A stretch of 63,256 nucleotides of DNA. It comes from Octopus bimaculoides (Eukaryota). The position numbers and the translations under genes were made by a program. This document shows positions 49,850-62,910 of this stretch, piece after piece. The number at the start of each line of letters is the position of its first letter. Position 1 is the stretch's first letter. The DNA lies in the NCBI RefSeq assembly GCF_001194135.2, contig NC_068995.1, positions 12,455,609 through 12,518,864 on the forward strand, in the 5' to 3' direction. The notes below the pieces were generated by a model. That model was not told where the DNA came from, did not search any database, and saw nothing but the letters and a program-made list of their open reading frames with translations.

Positions 49850-50269
49850 TCGTGTTTGTGTATATGGTGTTTATGTGTGTATAAGTGTTTAACTGCATGT
49901 ATGTGTGTACTTATATGCATCTTCACGTGTGTGTGTGTGTGTGCGTGCGTGTGCAAATAGGAGTGAGCGTATGTGCGTGTAATATGGGATTGTGTGTGAG
50001 TATACATGAGAAATGCCTCTGTACCTCTTTTCGTGTGGTTTATATATATATATATATATATATATAATGAACAAAAGAGCGTACGAACGAACGAAAGAAC
50101 AATTAAAAGAAAGAGGAAGGATGAAAGGCAAAAATAATCGTGGTTGGGATTAGAACTCAGTCAGCAGAGTCTGAACAATTATATCATTTTGTTCCATCCG
50201 ACGTGCAAGTGACTCCGCCATCTCGCTGCCTATTTGTAAGACGTACGTGCTTGTATTTGTCTGACCGTG

Positions 50270-50645
50270 TGAGTGCGTGCGTGTGAGTGCGTGCGTGTGT
50301 GGGTGCACGCGTGTATGTGCCTGCGTGCGTGTGTGTGCGTGCATGTGTAACAGACTATGCATGTTTGCGTGCATATGTGTGTTTGTGTGTGTGTGTGTGT
50401 GTATCTTCATCTCCGTCACCATCACCACCACCACCGTCATGACCAACACAATCTTCATAATCACCATCATCATCATCATTATCATCAACAACAACATAAC
50501 TTCATCATCATCATAATCATCATCATCATTGTCATCATCATCACCATCACCGTAATCGTCGACGTCATGGTCGTCATCATCATCAACGTCATCATCATCA
50601 ACGTCATCATCATCGTCGTCGCCGGCAGCAGCAGCGTCGTCGTTG
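50270..50645. repeat. (TG/TGCG)n followed by degenerate (CAT/CAC/CGT)n
   Basis: Read directly; source of the poly-D/H/I/M ORFs. Confidence 0.9.
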
Positions 50646-50739
50646 GTCGCACGGATGCAATCGTAAACGACCTCAATTCTTTTCCATCCATTCAATCTTT
50701 CATAACTATGTGGTACCTTAGTCTAATAATATAGATGCA

Positions 50740-51061
50740 AGAAGGCGGGTGGCTGAGTGGTTAGGGGCATTCACCTCACGATCGATAGGACGTCAGTTCG
50801 GTTCTCGGCGTCGAGTTGCATTCTTGAACAAACCTGTTTATTTCATTTTGCTCCAGTCCACTCAGCTGGCAAAAATGAGTAGTACCTGTATTTCAAAGGG
50901 CCACCTTTGTCACTCTGAGAACTACGAACTACGTTAAGAGTACACGTGACTGTGGAGTACTCAGTCCCGTACATGCTAGTTTTCCGAGCAGGCAGTTCCG
51001 TTGATAGGATTCACTAGAACCACTTGTCGTCCACTTGTCGTCGTAACTGACGGAGTGACAG
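50740..51061 (+). mobile_element. Chimeric SINE: family D-type head and central domain with a family B-type tail
   Basis: GGTGGCTGAGTGGTTAGGGG...TTGCTCCAGTCCACTCAGCTGGCAAAAATGAGTAG, then TACCTGTATTTCAAAGGGCC...GTCGTAACTGACGGAGTG. Confidence 0.8.
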
Positions 51062-51476
51062 TTTTATATATGTGTACGCATTCATACATTCATGTGTACA
51101 TGTGTGTGTGTATGAGTGTATTTATGTATAACTAAAATTCGTGAACAGCAAAAGCCTTGGGCGAAACACACCGCAGACTGCCACTTTCTAATATGATATG
51201 CATACATATATTCATTTCACCGAACGTGCTGTGTTCTCTGAAGGACTATGTTTGCAATATGTAAAATGATAAATTTTTAAACATGTACAAATCTTGGATT
51301 GCAATATATGTACTTCTGTGCCTTTATATAAACATGTATAACGTTTTAGAGTTAGTTCTACAGGCTTTCGATAGAAGTTATTACCAGTACTGACAGTTAC
51401 TTGGTAGTATAGTATGGTGGCTTAACGAAATACACTGTCCCTACCAGCAATAAGTATAAACACGCATACTCACACA

Positions 51477-51513
<37 letters not shown>

Positions 51514-51574
51514 TTATATTTATATATATACTTATAGACCGATAGAGAAAGAGAGATTTGAGCGAGGGAGATGC

Positions 51575-51644
<70 letters not shown>

Positions 51645-52539
51645 CACAGAAAGATACAGAGAGATAGGTATGTGTATGTATATATATATATATATATATA
51701 TANNNNNNNNNNNNNNNNNNNNNNNNNNNNNNNNNNNNNNNNNNNNNNNNNNNNNNNNNNNNNNNNNNNNNNNNNNNNNNNNNNNNNNNNNNNNNNNNNN
51801 NNNNNNNNNNNNNNNNNNNNNNNNNNNNNNNNNNNNNNNNNNNNNNNNNNNNNNNNNNNNNNNNNNNNNNNNNNNNNNNNNNNNNNNNNNNNNNNNNNNN
51901 NNNNNNNNNNNNNNNNNNNNNNNNNNNNNNNNNNNNNNNNNNNNNNNNNNNNNNNNNNNNNNNNNNNNNNNNNNNNNNNNNNNNNNNNNNNNNNNNNNNN
52001 NNNNNNNNNNNNNNNNNNNNNNNNNNNNNNNNNNNNNNNNNNNNNNNNNNNNNNNNNNNNNNNNNNNNNNNNNNNNNNNNNNNNNNNNNNNNNNNNNNNN
52101 NNNNNNNNNNNNNNNNNNNNNNNNNNNNNNNNNNNNNNNNNNNNNNNNNNNNNNNNNNNNNNNNNNNNNNNNNNNNNNNNNNNNNNNNNNNNNNNNNNNN
52201 NNNNNNNNNNNNNNNNNNNNNNNNNNNNNNNNNNNNNNNNNNNNNNNNNNNNNNNNNNNNNNNNNNNNNNNNNNNNNNNNNNNNNNNNNNNNNNNNNNNN
52301 NNNNNNNNNNNNNNNNNNNNNNNNNNNNNNNNNNNNNNNNNNNNNNNNNNNNNNNNNNNNNNNNNNNNNNNNNNNNNNNNNNNNNNNNNNNNNNNNNNNN
52401 NNNNNNNNNNNNNNNNNNNNNNNNNNNNNNNNNNNNNNNNNNNNNNNNNNNNNNNNNNNNNNNNNNNNNNNNNNNNNNNNNNNNNNNNNNNNNNNNNNNN
52501 NNNNNNTGTATTGGGTTGGTGTTTGCAGGAGGATGCGGG

Positions 52540-53105
52540 GGGGGAGGAGGAGGAAGAGGAAGAAGAAGAAGAAGAAGAAGAAGAAGAAGAAGAAGAAGAA
52601 GAAGAAGAAGAAGAAGAAGAAGAAGAAGAGGAGGAGGAGGAGGAGGAATACAGTGGATTGCGTTGACCACATCACCTCAGACACTTGAGACACTCTGGAA
52701 GAAGAAGAAGAAGAAGAAGAAGAAGAAGAAGGTGATGATGAGGATGATGATAATGAGGGGGAGGAGGATGATAAGAGGGAGGTAGGAGGAGAGAAGGGCA
52801 AGAGGTTGGCAAGAGGAGGACGAGAGGAAGGGAGGAGGGGAGGGGAATAGGAAGAGGGAAGAAAAAGATGGGAAAGGAAGAGGAGAGTGGTTGTGATGGT
52901 GATGATGATGAAGTTGGTGAATTTGGTGTTGATGAAGGTAAAGAAGGAAACAAAAAAGATGGTGATGATGATGACAATGATGATGATGATGAGGAGGAGG
53001 AGGAGGAGGAGGAGGAGGGGTTGAAGATAAAAGACGAAAAAACAAGTAGAAGGAGCGATAAGAAGAAAAGTAGTAAGGGGATGAGGAAGGAAGCGAAGGT
53101 GGGGT
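52540..53105. repeat. Purine-rich compound repeat (GAA)n/(GGA)n/(GAT)n
   Basis: Read directly; source of the poly-R/K/E/F/S ORFs. Confidence 0.93.
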
Positions 53106-53545
53106 AGGGGTGGAATCCGTGTGCATTTGTTGCAAAATGCATTCAATCAGAAACTGAAAAAATAAAAAAAAAACTATGAAGGTATTTCAATAATCTTGTC
53201 CTGTTATATTGTAAATTTCTTATTGCTTTGCAACACGACATCCCACCCCTGTATCAACCTCATTCCACCTCCACCCGATATCTGATCCCATATCGGTGAA
53301 CCGCCAATAATTTAGCTCGAAAAATGAGAAATGCAAACTATACCGCCTTCTGAAACGAAAAAAAAACAAAAAATGTATCCTGTAGAAAACATATATACAT
53401 ACATATATACACACACGCACACACATAAATATATGTATGAATGTATACAGAAGTATGATGCATAACGAAATATGCTCACATATGTTTGGTTGTGTACATA
53501 AATGCAGACGTATATATCAAGAGATAGATAGATAAATAGGTACAT

Positions 53546-53576
<31 letters not shown>

Positions 53577-54605
53577 CACACATACATACATACATAGACA
53601 GATAGACAGATAAATAAATAGATAGATAGATAAATAGATAGACATGTATATATGTGTATATATATATTTGTTTTTATTTTTGCATTTACAATTTATTTAT
53701 ATATNNNNNNNNNNNNNNNNNNNNNNNNNNNNNNNNNNNNNNNNNNNNNNNNNNNNNNNNNNNNNNNNNNNNNNNNNNNNNNNNNNNNNNNNNNNNNNNN
53801 NNNNNNNNNNNNNNNNNNNNNNNNNNNNNNNNNNNNNNNNNNNNNNNNNNNNNNNNNNNNNNNNNNNNNNNNNNNNNNNNNNNNNNNNNNNNNNNNNNNN
53901 NNNNNNNNNNNNNNNNNNNNNNNNNNNNNNNNNNNNNNNNNNNNNNNNNNNNNNNNNNNNNNNNNNNNNNNNNNNNNNNNNNNNNNNNNNNNNNNNNNNN
54001 NNNNNNNNNNNNNNNNNNNNNNNNNNNNNNNNNNNNNNNNNNNNNNNNNNNNNNNNNNNNNNNNNNNNNNNNNNNNNNNNNNNNNNNNNNNNNNNNNNNN
54101 NNNNNNNNNNNNNNNNNNNNNNNNNNNNNNNNNNNNNNNNNNNNNNNNNNNNNNNNNNNNNNNNNNNNNNNNNNNNNNNNNNNNNNNNNNNNNNNNNNNN
54201 NNNNNNNNNNNNNNNNNNNNNNNNNNNNNNNNNNNNNNNNNNNNNNNNNNNNNNNNNNNNNNNNNNNNNNNNNNNNNNNNNNNNNNNNNNNNNNNNNNNN
54301 NNNNNNNNNNNNNNNNNNNNNNNNNNNNNNNNNNNNNNNNNNNNNNNNNNNNNNNNNNNNNNNNNNNNNNNNNNNNNNNNNNNNNNNNNNNNNNNNNNNN
54401 NNNNNNNNNNNNNNNNNNNNNNNNNNNNNNNNNNNNNNNNNNNNNNNNNNNNNNNNNNNNNNNNNNNNNNNNNNNNNNNNNNNNNNNNNNNNNNNNNNNN
54501 NNNNNNNNNNNNNNNNNNNNNNNNNNNNNNNNNNNNNNNNNNNNNNNNNNNNNNNNNNNNNNNNNNNNNNNNNNNNNNNNNNNNNNNNNNNNNNNNNNNN
54601 NNNNN

Positions 54606-54635
54606 ATCATCATCATCATCATCATCACCATCACC

Positions 54636-54681
<46 letters not shown>

Positions 54682-54707
54682 CCATCACCATCATCATCAT
54701 CATTATC

Positions 54708-54759
<52 letters not shown>

Positions 54760-54802
54760 CCATCACCATCATCATCATCATCATCATCATCACCACCATC
54801 AC

Positions 54803-54855
<53 letters not shown>

Positions 54856-55140
54856 CAATAATCATCATCATCATCATCATCATCACAACCGTCATCATCA
54901 TCACAATCGTCATCATCATCATCGTCGTCATCATCATCATCATCATCATACTCACAATCATCATCATCACTATCATCACCAACATAACCATTATCATCGT
55001 CATCGACGTCATTATTATTATCGTCGTCGTCATCATCATCATTGTTGTTGTTGTCATCATCAACATCATCGTCATCATCATTATCATCATCATCACCATC
55101 AACATCAACAACTATTTAATCATCATTATCAACAGCTTCA
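54606..55140. repeat. Long imperfect (ATC/ACC/GTC)n microsatellite, at least 530 bp, running into a gap
   Basis: Read directly; source of the poly-H/I/S/M ORFs. Confidence 0.95.
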
Positions 55141-55578
55141 ACATTAATACCTCCAATGCTGTCATTTTTATCATCATCCTTGTATTCTTCGTGTTCGCCG
55201 TTGTCCTCTTATTATCATTAAAAAGTCGGAAAGAAAATATGCATTGGCGGATACATTTTTTTTTTCTGGCTCTCTCCGTCCTTGGTTCAACTTCTGGCTT
55301 AATCAAATTTGCGTTTCATTCACCCGGGGTGGTTAAAATAAGGTGCCACTCAAGTATTGCGGTTGACTGTATTGAATAAGACCCCCGTCTTCACAATTGC
55401 CGACCTTGCACGTGATTTCTGGGTTATTTCCTTTCATTAGTACAGAATAACTGTTCGGCTAGAGGTGGCATGTATCCAACTGGAGACGATACTTCCTAGG
55501 CTTAAATAACAGTAACATTCATCCTAAACCTTGACTGCCTCGTTATGTTGGAAAATAATCTTTACTCTAGAGTACTGT

Positions 55579-55660
55579 TGCTGAATTTCTCTAACTGAGA
55601 GATATATAGCACTTCTATACACCACTTAACTCAAATAATGGAACTGCTACTTCAATGTTT
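55579..55660 (+). pseudogene. Decayed C-terminal Cys motif of a Penelope-like element ORF
   Basis: Translation C*ISLTERYIALL...LNSNN/ELLLQC parallels the PLE C-terminal pattern CxLCLTEK...LNxRxEL...C, and is followed 120 bp later by a hammerhead motif. Confidence 0.5.
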
Positions 55661-55779
55661 TATATTTTTACTTCTACTTTCATTCTCTTAATTCCCTGTA
55701 TATTCCCTATCTCCTCCTTTTCCATAATAATTCCATATTTCGAACTCAAACATTTATTTCTATTTAACCATCTCACATC

Positions 55780-55827
55780 GTCTCTGATGAAGGGACATCC
55801 ATATTCTCTCAGAAACAGCTGTAAGAC
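55780..55827 (+). ncRNA. Type I hammerhead ribozyme-like motif, family H5
   Basis: GTCT-CTGATGA-A-GGGA[CATCCATATTC]TCTC-A-GAAA-CAGCTG-TA-AGAC. Perfect 4-bp stem I, perfect palindromic stem III ACAGCTGT, GUA triplet, weak 4-bp stem II with an extra A. Confidence 0.65.
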
Positions 55828-57530
55828 TATATCTATATCTCTTTCCTTATAAGCGTCCTGAAAACTCCTTGCAGCCTTGGCTTTGTCATCTCATTTTGTC
55901 TAATATATNNNNNNNNNNNNNNNNNNNNNNNNNNNNNNNNNNNNNNNNNNNNNNNNNNNNNNNNNNNNNNNNNNNNNNNNNNNNNNNNNNNNNNNNNNNN
56001 NNNNNNNNNNNNNNNNNNNNNNNNNNNNNNNNNNNNNNNNNNNNNNNNNNNNNNNNNNNNNNNNNNNNNNNNNNNNNNNNNNNNNNNNNNNNNNNNNNNN
56101 NNNNNNNNNNNNNNNNNNNNNNNNNNNNNNNNNNNNNNNNNNNNNNNNNNNNNNNNNNNNNNNNNNNNNNNNNNNNNNNNNNNNNNNNNNNNNNNNNNNN
56201 NNNNNNNNNNNNNNNNNNNNNNNNNNNNNNNNNNNNNNNNNNNNNNNNNNNNNNNNNNNNNNNNNNNNNNNNNNNNNNNNNNNNNNNNNNNNNNNNNNNN
56301 NNNNNNNNNNNNNNNNNNNNNNNNNNNNNNNNNNNNNNNNNNNNNNNNNNNNNNNNNNNNNNNNNNNNNNNNNNNNNNNNNNNNNNNNNNNNNNNNNNNN
56401 NNNNNNNNNNNNNNNNNNNNNNNNNNNNNNNNNNNNNNNNNNNNNNNNNNNNNNNNNNNNNNNNNNNNNNNNNNNNNNNNNNNNNNNNNNNNNNNNNNNN
56501 NNNNNNNNNNNNNNNNNNNNNNNNNNNNNNNNNNNNNNNNNNNNNNNNNNNNNNNNNNNNNNNNNNNNNNNNNNNNNNNNNNNNNNNNNNNNNNNNNNNN
56601 NNNNNNNNNNNNNNNNNNNNNNNNNNNNNNNNNNNNNNNNNNNNNNNNNNNNNNNNNNNNNNNNNATATATATGAACGTATGAATGTATGCGTTTATGTA
56701 TACACATATATATACACATATGTACACACACATATAAACGTATGTGGGTAAATGTGCGCAAGCATAATACATACACATATATTTATGTCTGTGTCAGAGC
56801 TTTTATGTATGTGTATATATATATGTGTGTGTCTATGTCTGTGTCTCTGTCTGTGTGTATATATATATGTATGTACGTGTGCGTATGTGTGTGCGTGTGT
56901 GTGCGTGTGTGTGTGTGTGTGCGTGTCTGTGTATGTGTGTATGTGTGTGTGTGTACATGATTGCTCATACATCATAGAATCAAAATAACGGAAGTATAAA
57001 GTGAAGCGATTAATTATCTCATATACTTGGAGCGACACATTTTACAAATGGTTAACCTTTTATATCATCTGACGCTTCGCTTTGACGGTGATTTAGAAGA
57101 CATTTTTTTGTGATTATTTGTGTGTGTTCGTACATGTATGTGTTTTGTAGCTGTCTGTGATTGTGCGGGTGCTGGCATATGTTTGTGTATGCATTTAGTG
57201 TTTTGTGAGCGAGTGTGAGTACTCGTATGCATAACATACATTATAATACGTGTTGGAGAGCACATGAAAGAGATGAAAAACATGTTTATGCATTTTGAGA
57301 AAGAGACAGAACTTGAGCGAAGATCTAGCTAGCGTGTTGCTGAAAGAGAGATATTGAGTGAGGTTGCAGCGGAAAAGAAGAGATAAGGTGCTGATCATAC
57401 GAACAGAAGTGTGGCGGATCAGAAGGATGTACCTGATGGAAATATAATAGTAAGGTGAGAGACTGCAAGCATAAGAAATAAAAGCGACTAAAGAGATAAG
57501 GTGAGATGACAATAAGGATGTAAATATTGA

Positions 57531-58437
57531 AATATACTTTTCTACACTAAGCAATAGGCCTGAAATTTTGTGGGAAGGGCCCAGTCGATTAGATCGACCC
57601 CAGTATGCAACTGGTACCAAGTTTATCTACTCCGAAAGGATAAAAGGCAAAGTCGACCTCGGCGGAATTTGAACTCAGAACAAAAACAGACGAAATACCG
57701 CTAAGCATTTTGCCCATTGTGCTAACGTTTCTGCCAGCTTGCAAGTGCGGAAATATTCTTTTCTACACTAGGCACTAGGCCTGAAATTTTGTGGGAAGAA
57801 ACCAGTCCATTAGATCGACCCCAGTACGCAACTGGTACTTAATTTATCGACCCCGAAAGGATGAAAGGCGAAGTCGACCTAGGTGGAATTTGAACTCAGA
57901 ACATAAAGACAGATGAAATACCACTAAGCATTTTGCCCGGCGTGCTAACATTTCTGCCAGCTAGCCGCCTTGTAAGTGCTGAAATNNNNNNNNNNNNNNN
58001 NNNNNNNNNNNNNNNNNNNNNNNNNNNNNNNNNNNNNNNNNNNNNNNNNNNNNNNNNNNNNNNNNNNNNNNNNNNNNNNNNNNNNNNNNNNNNNNNNNNN
58101 NNNNNNNNNNNNNNNNNNNNNNNNNNNNNNNNNNNNNNNNNNNNNNNNNNNNNNNNNNNNNNNNNNNNNNNNNNNNNNNNNNNNNNNNNNNNNNNNNNNN
58201 NNNNNNNNNNNNNNNNNNNNNNNNNNNNNNNNNNNNNNNNNNNNNNNNNNNNNNNNNNNNNNNNNNNNNNNNNNNNNNNNNNNNNNNNNNNNNNNNNCTG
58301 GTACTTAAGTTTCTGACCACGAATGGATAAAAAGCAAAGTCGACCTCGGCAGAATTTAAACTCAGAACGTTAACGGCAGACGAAATACCGCTAAGCATTT
58401 CACCCGGCGCGTTAACGTTTCTGCCATCTCGCCACCT
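57531..58437 (-). mobile_element. Tandem array of SINE family C variant copies (about 57531-57750, 57751-57985, and 58298-58437 after a gap)
   Basis: Repeated TTTCTACACTA.GCA.TAGGCCTGAAATTTTGTGGGAAG...AAAGTCGACCT.GG.GGAATTTGAACTCAGAAC...CTGCCAGCT...AAGTGC.GAAAT, unit about 220 bp. Confidence 0.9.
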
Positions 58438-58452
58438 TGCTATTAGGGAAAC

Positions 58453-58518
<66 letters not shown>

Positions 58519-59128
58519 CTAGAGGGGTTATATGTTGGATGTGGAAAGACTCAAAACAGGAGGGGATTAGCAGAGGAAAGGGCATAATGGAAGAAATAAA
58601 AGTTGAGAAAATATTAGTTAAAGAAATTAAAGATGAATGATGGCAGATCGCGAGAGCGGAAGGGCAAATGAAGTCGTATGCTGGAAGAGTGAAAAGGGAC
58701 AGTTGACAGGAAAGAAGGGACAGTGGATGAGGGGCAAGCATTGTAACAGAATTAGGGGCTTAGAGAGAGAACAGAGAGAAGTGTTAATTCAGAAATTGCA
58801 ACTGAAGAAGAAAACAAGAGAGATAGAGTGAGGGAGAGTGGGAGGAGGGAAACCAGAAAGAAATAGAAGCATAGAGTGAGGGGAGGAGAGAGAATTTATA
58901 CGTAGGAAACATTTTTTTTTTTTTACTGATTGCCCTGCGTGTGCAATGCAATGAAAAATACTGATTGATCGTAACGATAAGGTATCGAACATTAACTTAC
59001 TCGAAATATCACCAGTTTGTACACTCTCACTGGTGCTTCAAAATGTGAAGACAATTTGCTTATAACAATAAATTCCATCTAATCCAAAGATCAAGCCCAC
59101 GGAGTTGTTATTATTAGTATTTACAATA

Positions 59129-59362
59129 AGGTGGCAAGATGGCAGAAACGTTAGCAGGCCGGGCGAAATGTTTAGCGGTATTTCGTCTGCCGTTAAGTTC
59201 TGAGATCAAATTCCGCTGAGGTCGACTTTGCTTGTCATCCTTTCGGGGTCGATAAATTAAGTACCAGTTTCGCACTGGGGTCGATGTAATCGACTTAATC
59301 CTTTTGTCTCTCCTTGTTTGTCCCCTCTATGTTTAGCCCCTTGTGGGCAATAAAGAGATAAG
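59129..59362 (+). mobile_element. SINE family C, full length, followed by a partial second head (about 59365-59460)
   Basis: Near-identical to 16640-16869. Confidence 0.95.
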
Positions 59363-60711
59363 AATTGTTAGGCCGCCGGTCGAAATGCTTAGTGGTATTT
59401 CGTCTGTCTTAACGATCTGATTTCAAATGCCACCGGGGTCGACTTTGCCTTTCATTAGCTGAGTTATGTTAGTTCACTGGAAATGTCGTCAACCGAAAAT
59501 CGAAACTATACCGCAGTATCTCGTGTTTTACAACACTTAAAATTAGAGTAAATAATCAGTTATATTCAGACAAAACGCTGCTGTTAGAATAACATAGACG
59601 TAAGTATGGCTGTGTCAGGAAAACTTTGCTTCCCAACCACATGATTCCGGGATTGACTTTGCCTTTCACCAGCTGAGTACTGAGGTCAATGTAATCGAAT
59701 TGCACTCAGCACAAAATTGCTCTTCTTATGCCAAAATTTGAAACCAGTGTATTATGTACTGGCTGGGAGACCAGAAATTTGGTGAGAGAATCCGTTGATT
59801 AATTATATCGACAAATTACTTAACTGGTACTTTATTTTGTCCACTTTATCAGTTTAAAATCAAATTTGACCTCGGTGACAATCGAACACAACGTAAAGAG
59901 CCGTATAGAATATAATACATTCTAACTAATGTGTCGTCTGCCAATACCACAACTATTTCAGACTAAATAAAATTTCTTATTATTCAAGCAATGGTATGGT
60001 AAAATTTGGACTAAGGAAAGAAAAGCAATCATGTTTCCATTTAATACAGCAGTGAAAATACCAGTATATAGCACCTATTTTTCACAAGGCTGACATGTAC
60101 CATCTAATGCCCAGCTCGTTCAGAACGTTTTAACGTTAAATGTGCTGGACATTGACAACAGGAGATAAAGCATCGAGTTTTGAAGAAGCAGCCCGAGATC
60201 GTTTGCATCACGTTGATTGTTCCTTCTTTCCTGATTTCATAACGTTGACAAATGATCCCACAATGCCTCTTGCAAGTACTATCTGCTTGCCATGGAAGTT
60301 CTGTACCTGAAGAAAAAGTACTATGGCGGACGTTCTTGTTGCCTTCCTTCGGTTTCTTCTTTTTTACTAGACTCCATCTTGTAATTTCAGTTAGGAAAGA
60401 AGAAAAAATGAGTCCCGGTATTTATCGCCCCTGGAAGAATAAAAGGCAAAATTGACTTCAGCAACATTTGAACAGTCGGACAGATATACATAATTAATAT
60501 CGCAATACATTTTAATTGATACTCTAATGACTGACAAGTCGTGTATTGGGCATTGACGTAGCAAGAGAATGTGCCGCCGTCGTAGCCCTAGTGTTTGTTA
60601 CTTCACCGAATCCCCTAAGCTGATACAGACTTATAGAACAGACCCGAAAATGTCACCCTTGTAAAAGCGTCTCCCTGAGCAAACTTCCATTCTCTAGCTT
60701 CCTTATGGTCC

Positions 60712-61072
60712 TTATTCTTTTATCTTTTACTTGTTTCAGTCATTAGACTGCGGCCATGCTGGGGCACCGCCTTTAAGAATTGTTATTCGAATGAATTGAC
60801 CCCGGTATGTATATCATTTATGCTTATTTATATTTATTCTGTCGCTTTCTTTTACCAAAACGCTAACTAATGGGGGCGTAAACAAACGAACGTCGGTTGC
60901 CAAGTGGTGGTGGTGGTGTTGGTGGTGGTGGTGGTGGAGGACAAACATACACACACAGTTTCAGTCTATCAAATCCACTTACAAGACTTTGGTCGGCCGA
61001 GGCAATAGAAAAAGTGCCACGCAGCAGAACCAAACCCGGAATCATTCTCCCTACACTGCCATGCCTGCGTCT
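60712..61072 (-). mobile_element. SINE family A, near full length
   Basis: TTTTACTTGTTTCAGTCATTAGACTGCGGCCATGCTGGGGCACCGCC...TTTGGTCGGCCGAGGC...GTGCCACGCAG...CCATGCCTGCGTCT. Confidence 0.9.
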
Positions 61073-61261
61073 ATGTTATTCTAACAGTAGCTTTTTGTCT
61101 GAATATAACTGAGGAATTACTCTAATCTTTGGCAAGTGCTGTAAAACAAGAAATACTGCGGTGCAATTTCGATTTTCGGTTGAGGACATATCCTGTCAAC
61201 TATCTCAACTATTAAAGGCGAAACATACTATAAACCTTTCCAGGTGATTCGATCACCATCG

Positions 61262-61333
<72 letters not shown>

Positions 61334-61429
61334 CGCACAGAGTGATAATAAAAATATTTGCTGAAGGTGCCAGGAAGTGAGACTGAACACGTGGCTGTAA
61401 AACGAGCATCGTAATCACTCAGCCATGAT

Positions 61430-61872
61430 TAAGCATGTTGGAAAATACATGAATACTACAACATCGAGTTTCCTTTGTCTACTAAGTTATGAGCACACAC
61501 TAGTTTAAAACACTCACAGTCTCTATTAATACTGTTAAAATATGCATGAATGCCACAACATCATCTGCCATTTGTGTACTAAATTTATGAGCACACACTA
61601 GTTTAAAACACAGTCTCTATTAATACTGCTAAAATATGCATGAATGCCACAACATCATATGCCATTTGTGTACTAAATTTATGAGCACACACTAGTTTAA
61701 ATCACAGTCTCTGTTAATACTGTTAAAATATGCATGAATGCCACATCATATGTTATTTGTGTACTAAATTATGAGCATACACTAGTTTAAAACACTCACA
61801 GTCTCTGTTAATGTTGTTAAAAATACATGAATGCCACAACATCATCTGTCCTTTGTCTACTAAATTATGAAC
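61430..61872. repeat. About 95-bp minisatellite, about 4.5 units
   Basis: Anchor ATGAGCACACACTAGTTT (or variant) at 61489, 61587, 61681, 61771 and partially 61867; periods 98, 94, 90 and 96. Confidence 0.95.
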
Positions 61873-62367
61873 CTTTGTAACTATCTCGCCGAAGTATCAA
61901 TAATTATTTCAAAGTTTTAAATTTATGCGTCGTTTATTTTAAAATTTCGTATGTTCTTTGTTTCTGTCTGTTTTTTTCTTGTTTTCTTTTTTCGACGTAG
62001 CAACTCTCTTGATAATATTTGTTTTTTTTTAAAATTTAATTTTATATATTTTTTTTTTTTTATATAATGCAAAAATATATAAATTATCATTAAGAGAAGA
62101 ATGAAGTGAAATTATAATAATCAAAAAGTCAGCAATATCTAATTCAAAATCTTAATTAAAACTCGTGTATTTGGCGGGGTTGTCAAATTTGAATTAAAGT
62201 TATTTTCGTATTCAATTTAGATTGCTTTGTTGATGTAAGGCAAAGACTGCTTCAACTAAAACAGAAATGTAGCGATATCACTCCAAATATGCTGGTATTA
62301 ATTCTCATGAAAGTCAATGACTGAACAGAGTAGGCCTGAAATAAACCACATTAATTTTCTGCACCGA

Positions 62368-62378
<11 letters not shown>

Positions 62379-62456
<78 letters not shown>

Positions 62457-62786
62457 CATTATTTTATTATTATCATTATTATTATNNNNNNNNNNNNNNN
62501 NNNNNNNNNNNNNNNNNNNNNNNNNNNNNNNNNNNNNNNNNNNNNNNNNNNNNNNNNNNNNNNNNNNNNNNNNNNNNNNNNNNNNNNNNNNNNNNNNNNN
62601 NNNNNNNNNNNNNNNNNNNNNNNNNNNNNNNNNNNNNNNNNNNNNNNNNNNNNNNNNNNNNNNNNNNNNNNNNNNNNNNNNNNNNNNNNNNNNNNNNNNN
62701 NNNNNNNNNNNNNNNNNNNNNNNNNNNNNNNNNNNNNNNNNNNNNNNNNNNNNNNNNNNNNNNNNNNNNNNNNNNNNNNNNNNNNN

Positions 62787-62843
<57 letters not shown>

Positions 62844-62845
62844 TA

Positions 62846-62908
<63 letters not shown>
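62379..62908. repeat. (ATT)n microsatellite spanning an assembly gap
   Basis: Read directly on both sides of the gap 62486-62786. Confidence 0.95.
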
Positions 62909-62910
<2 letters not shown>

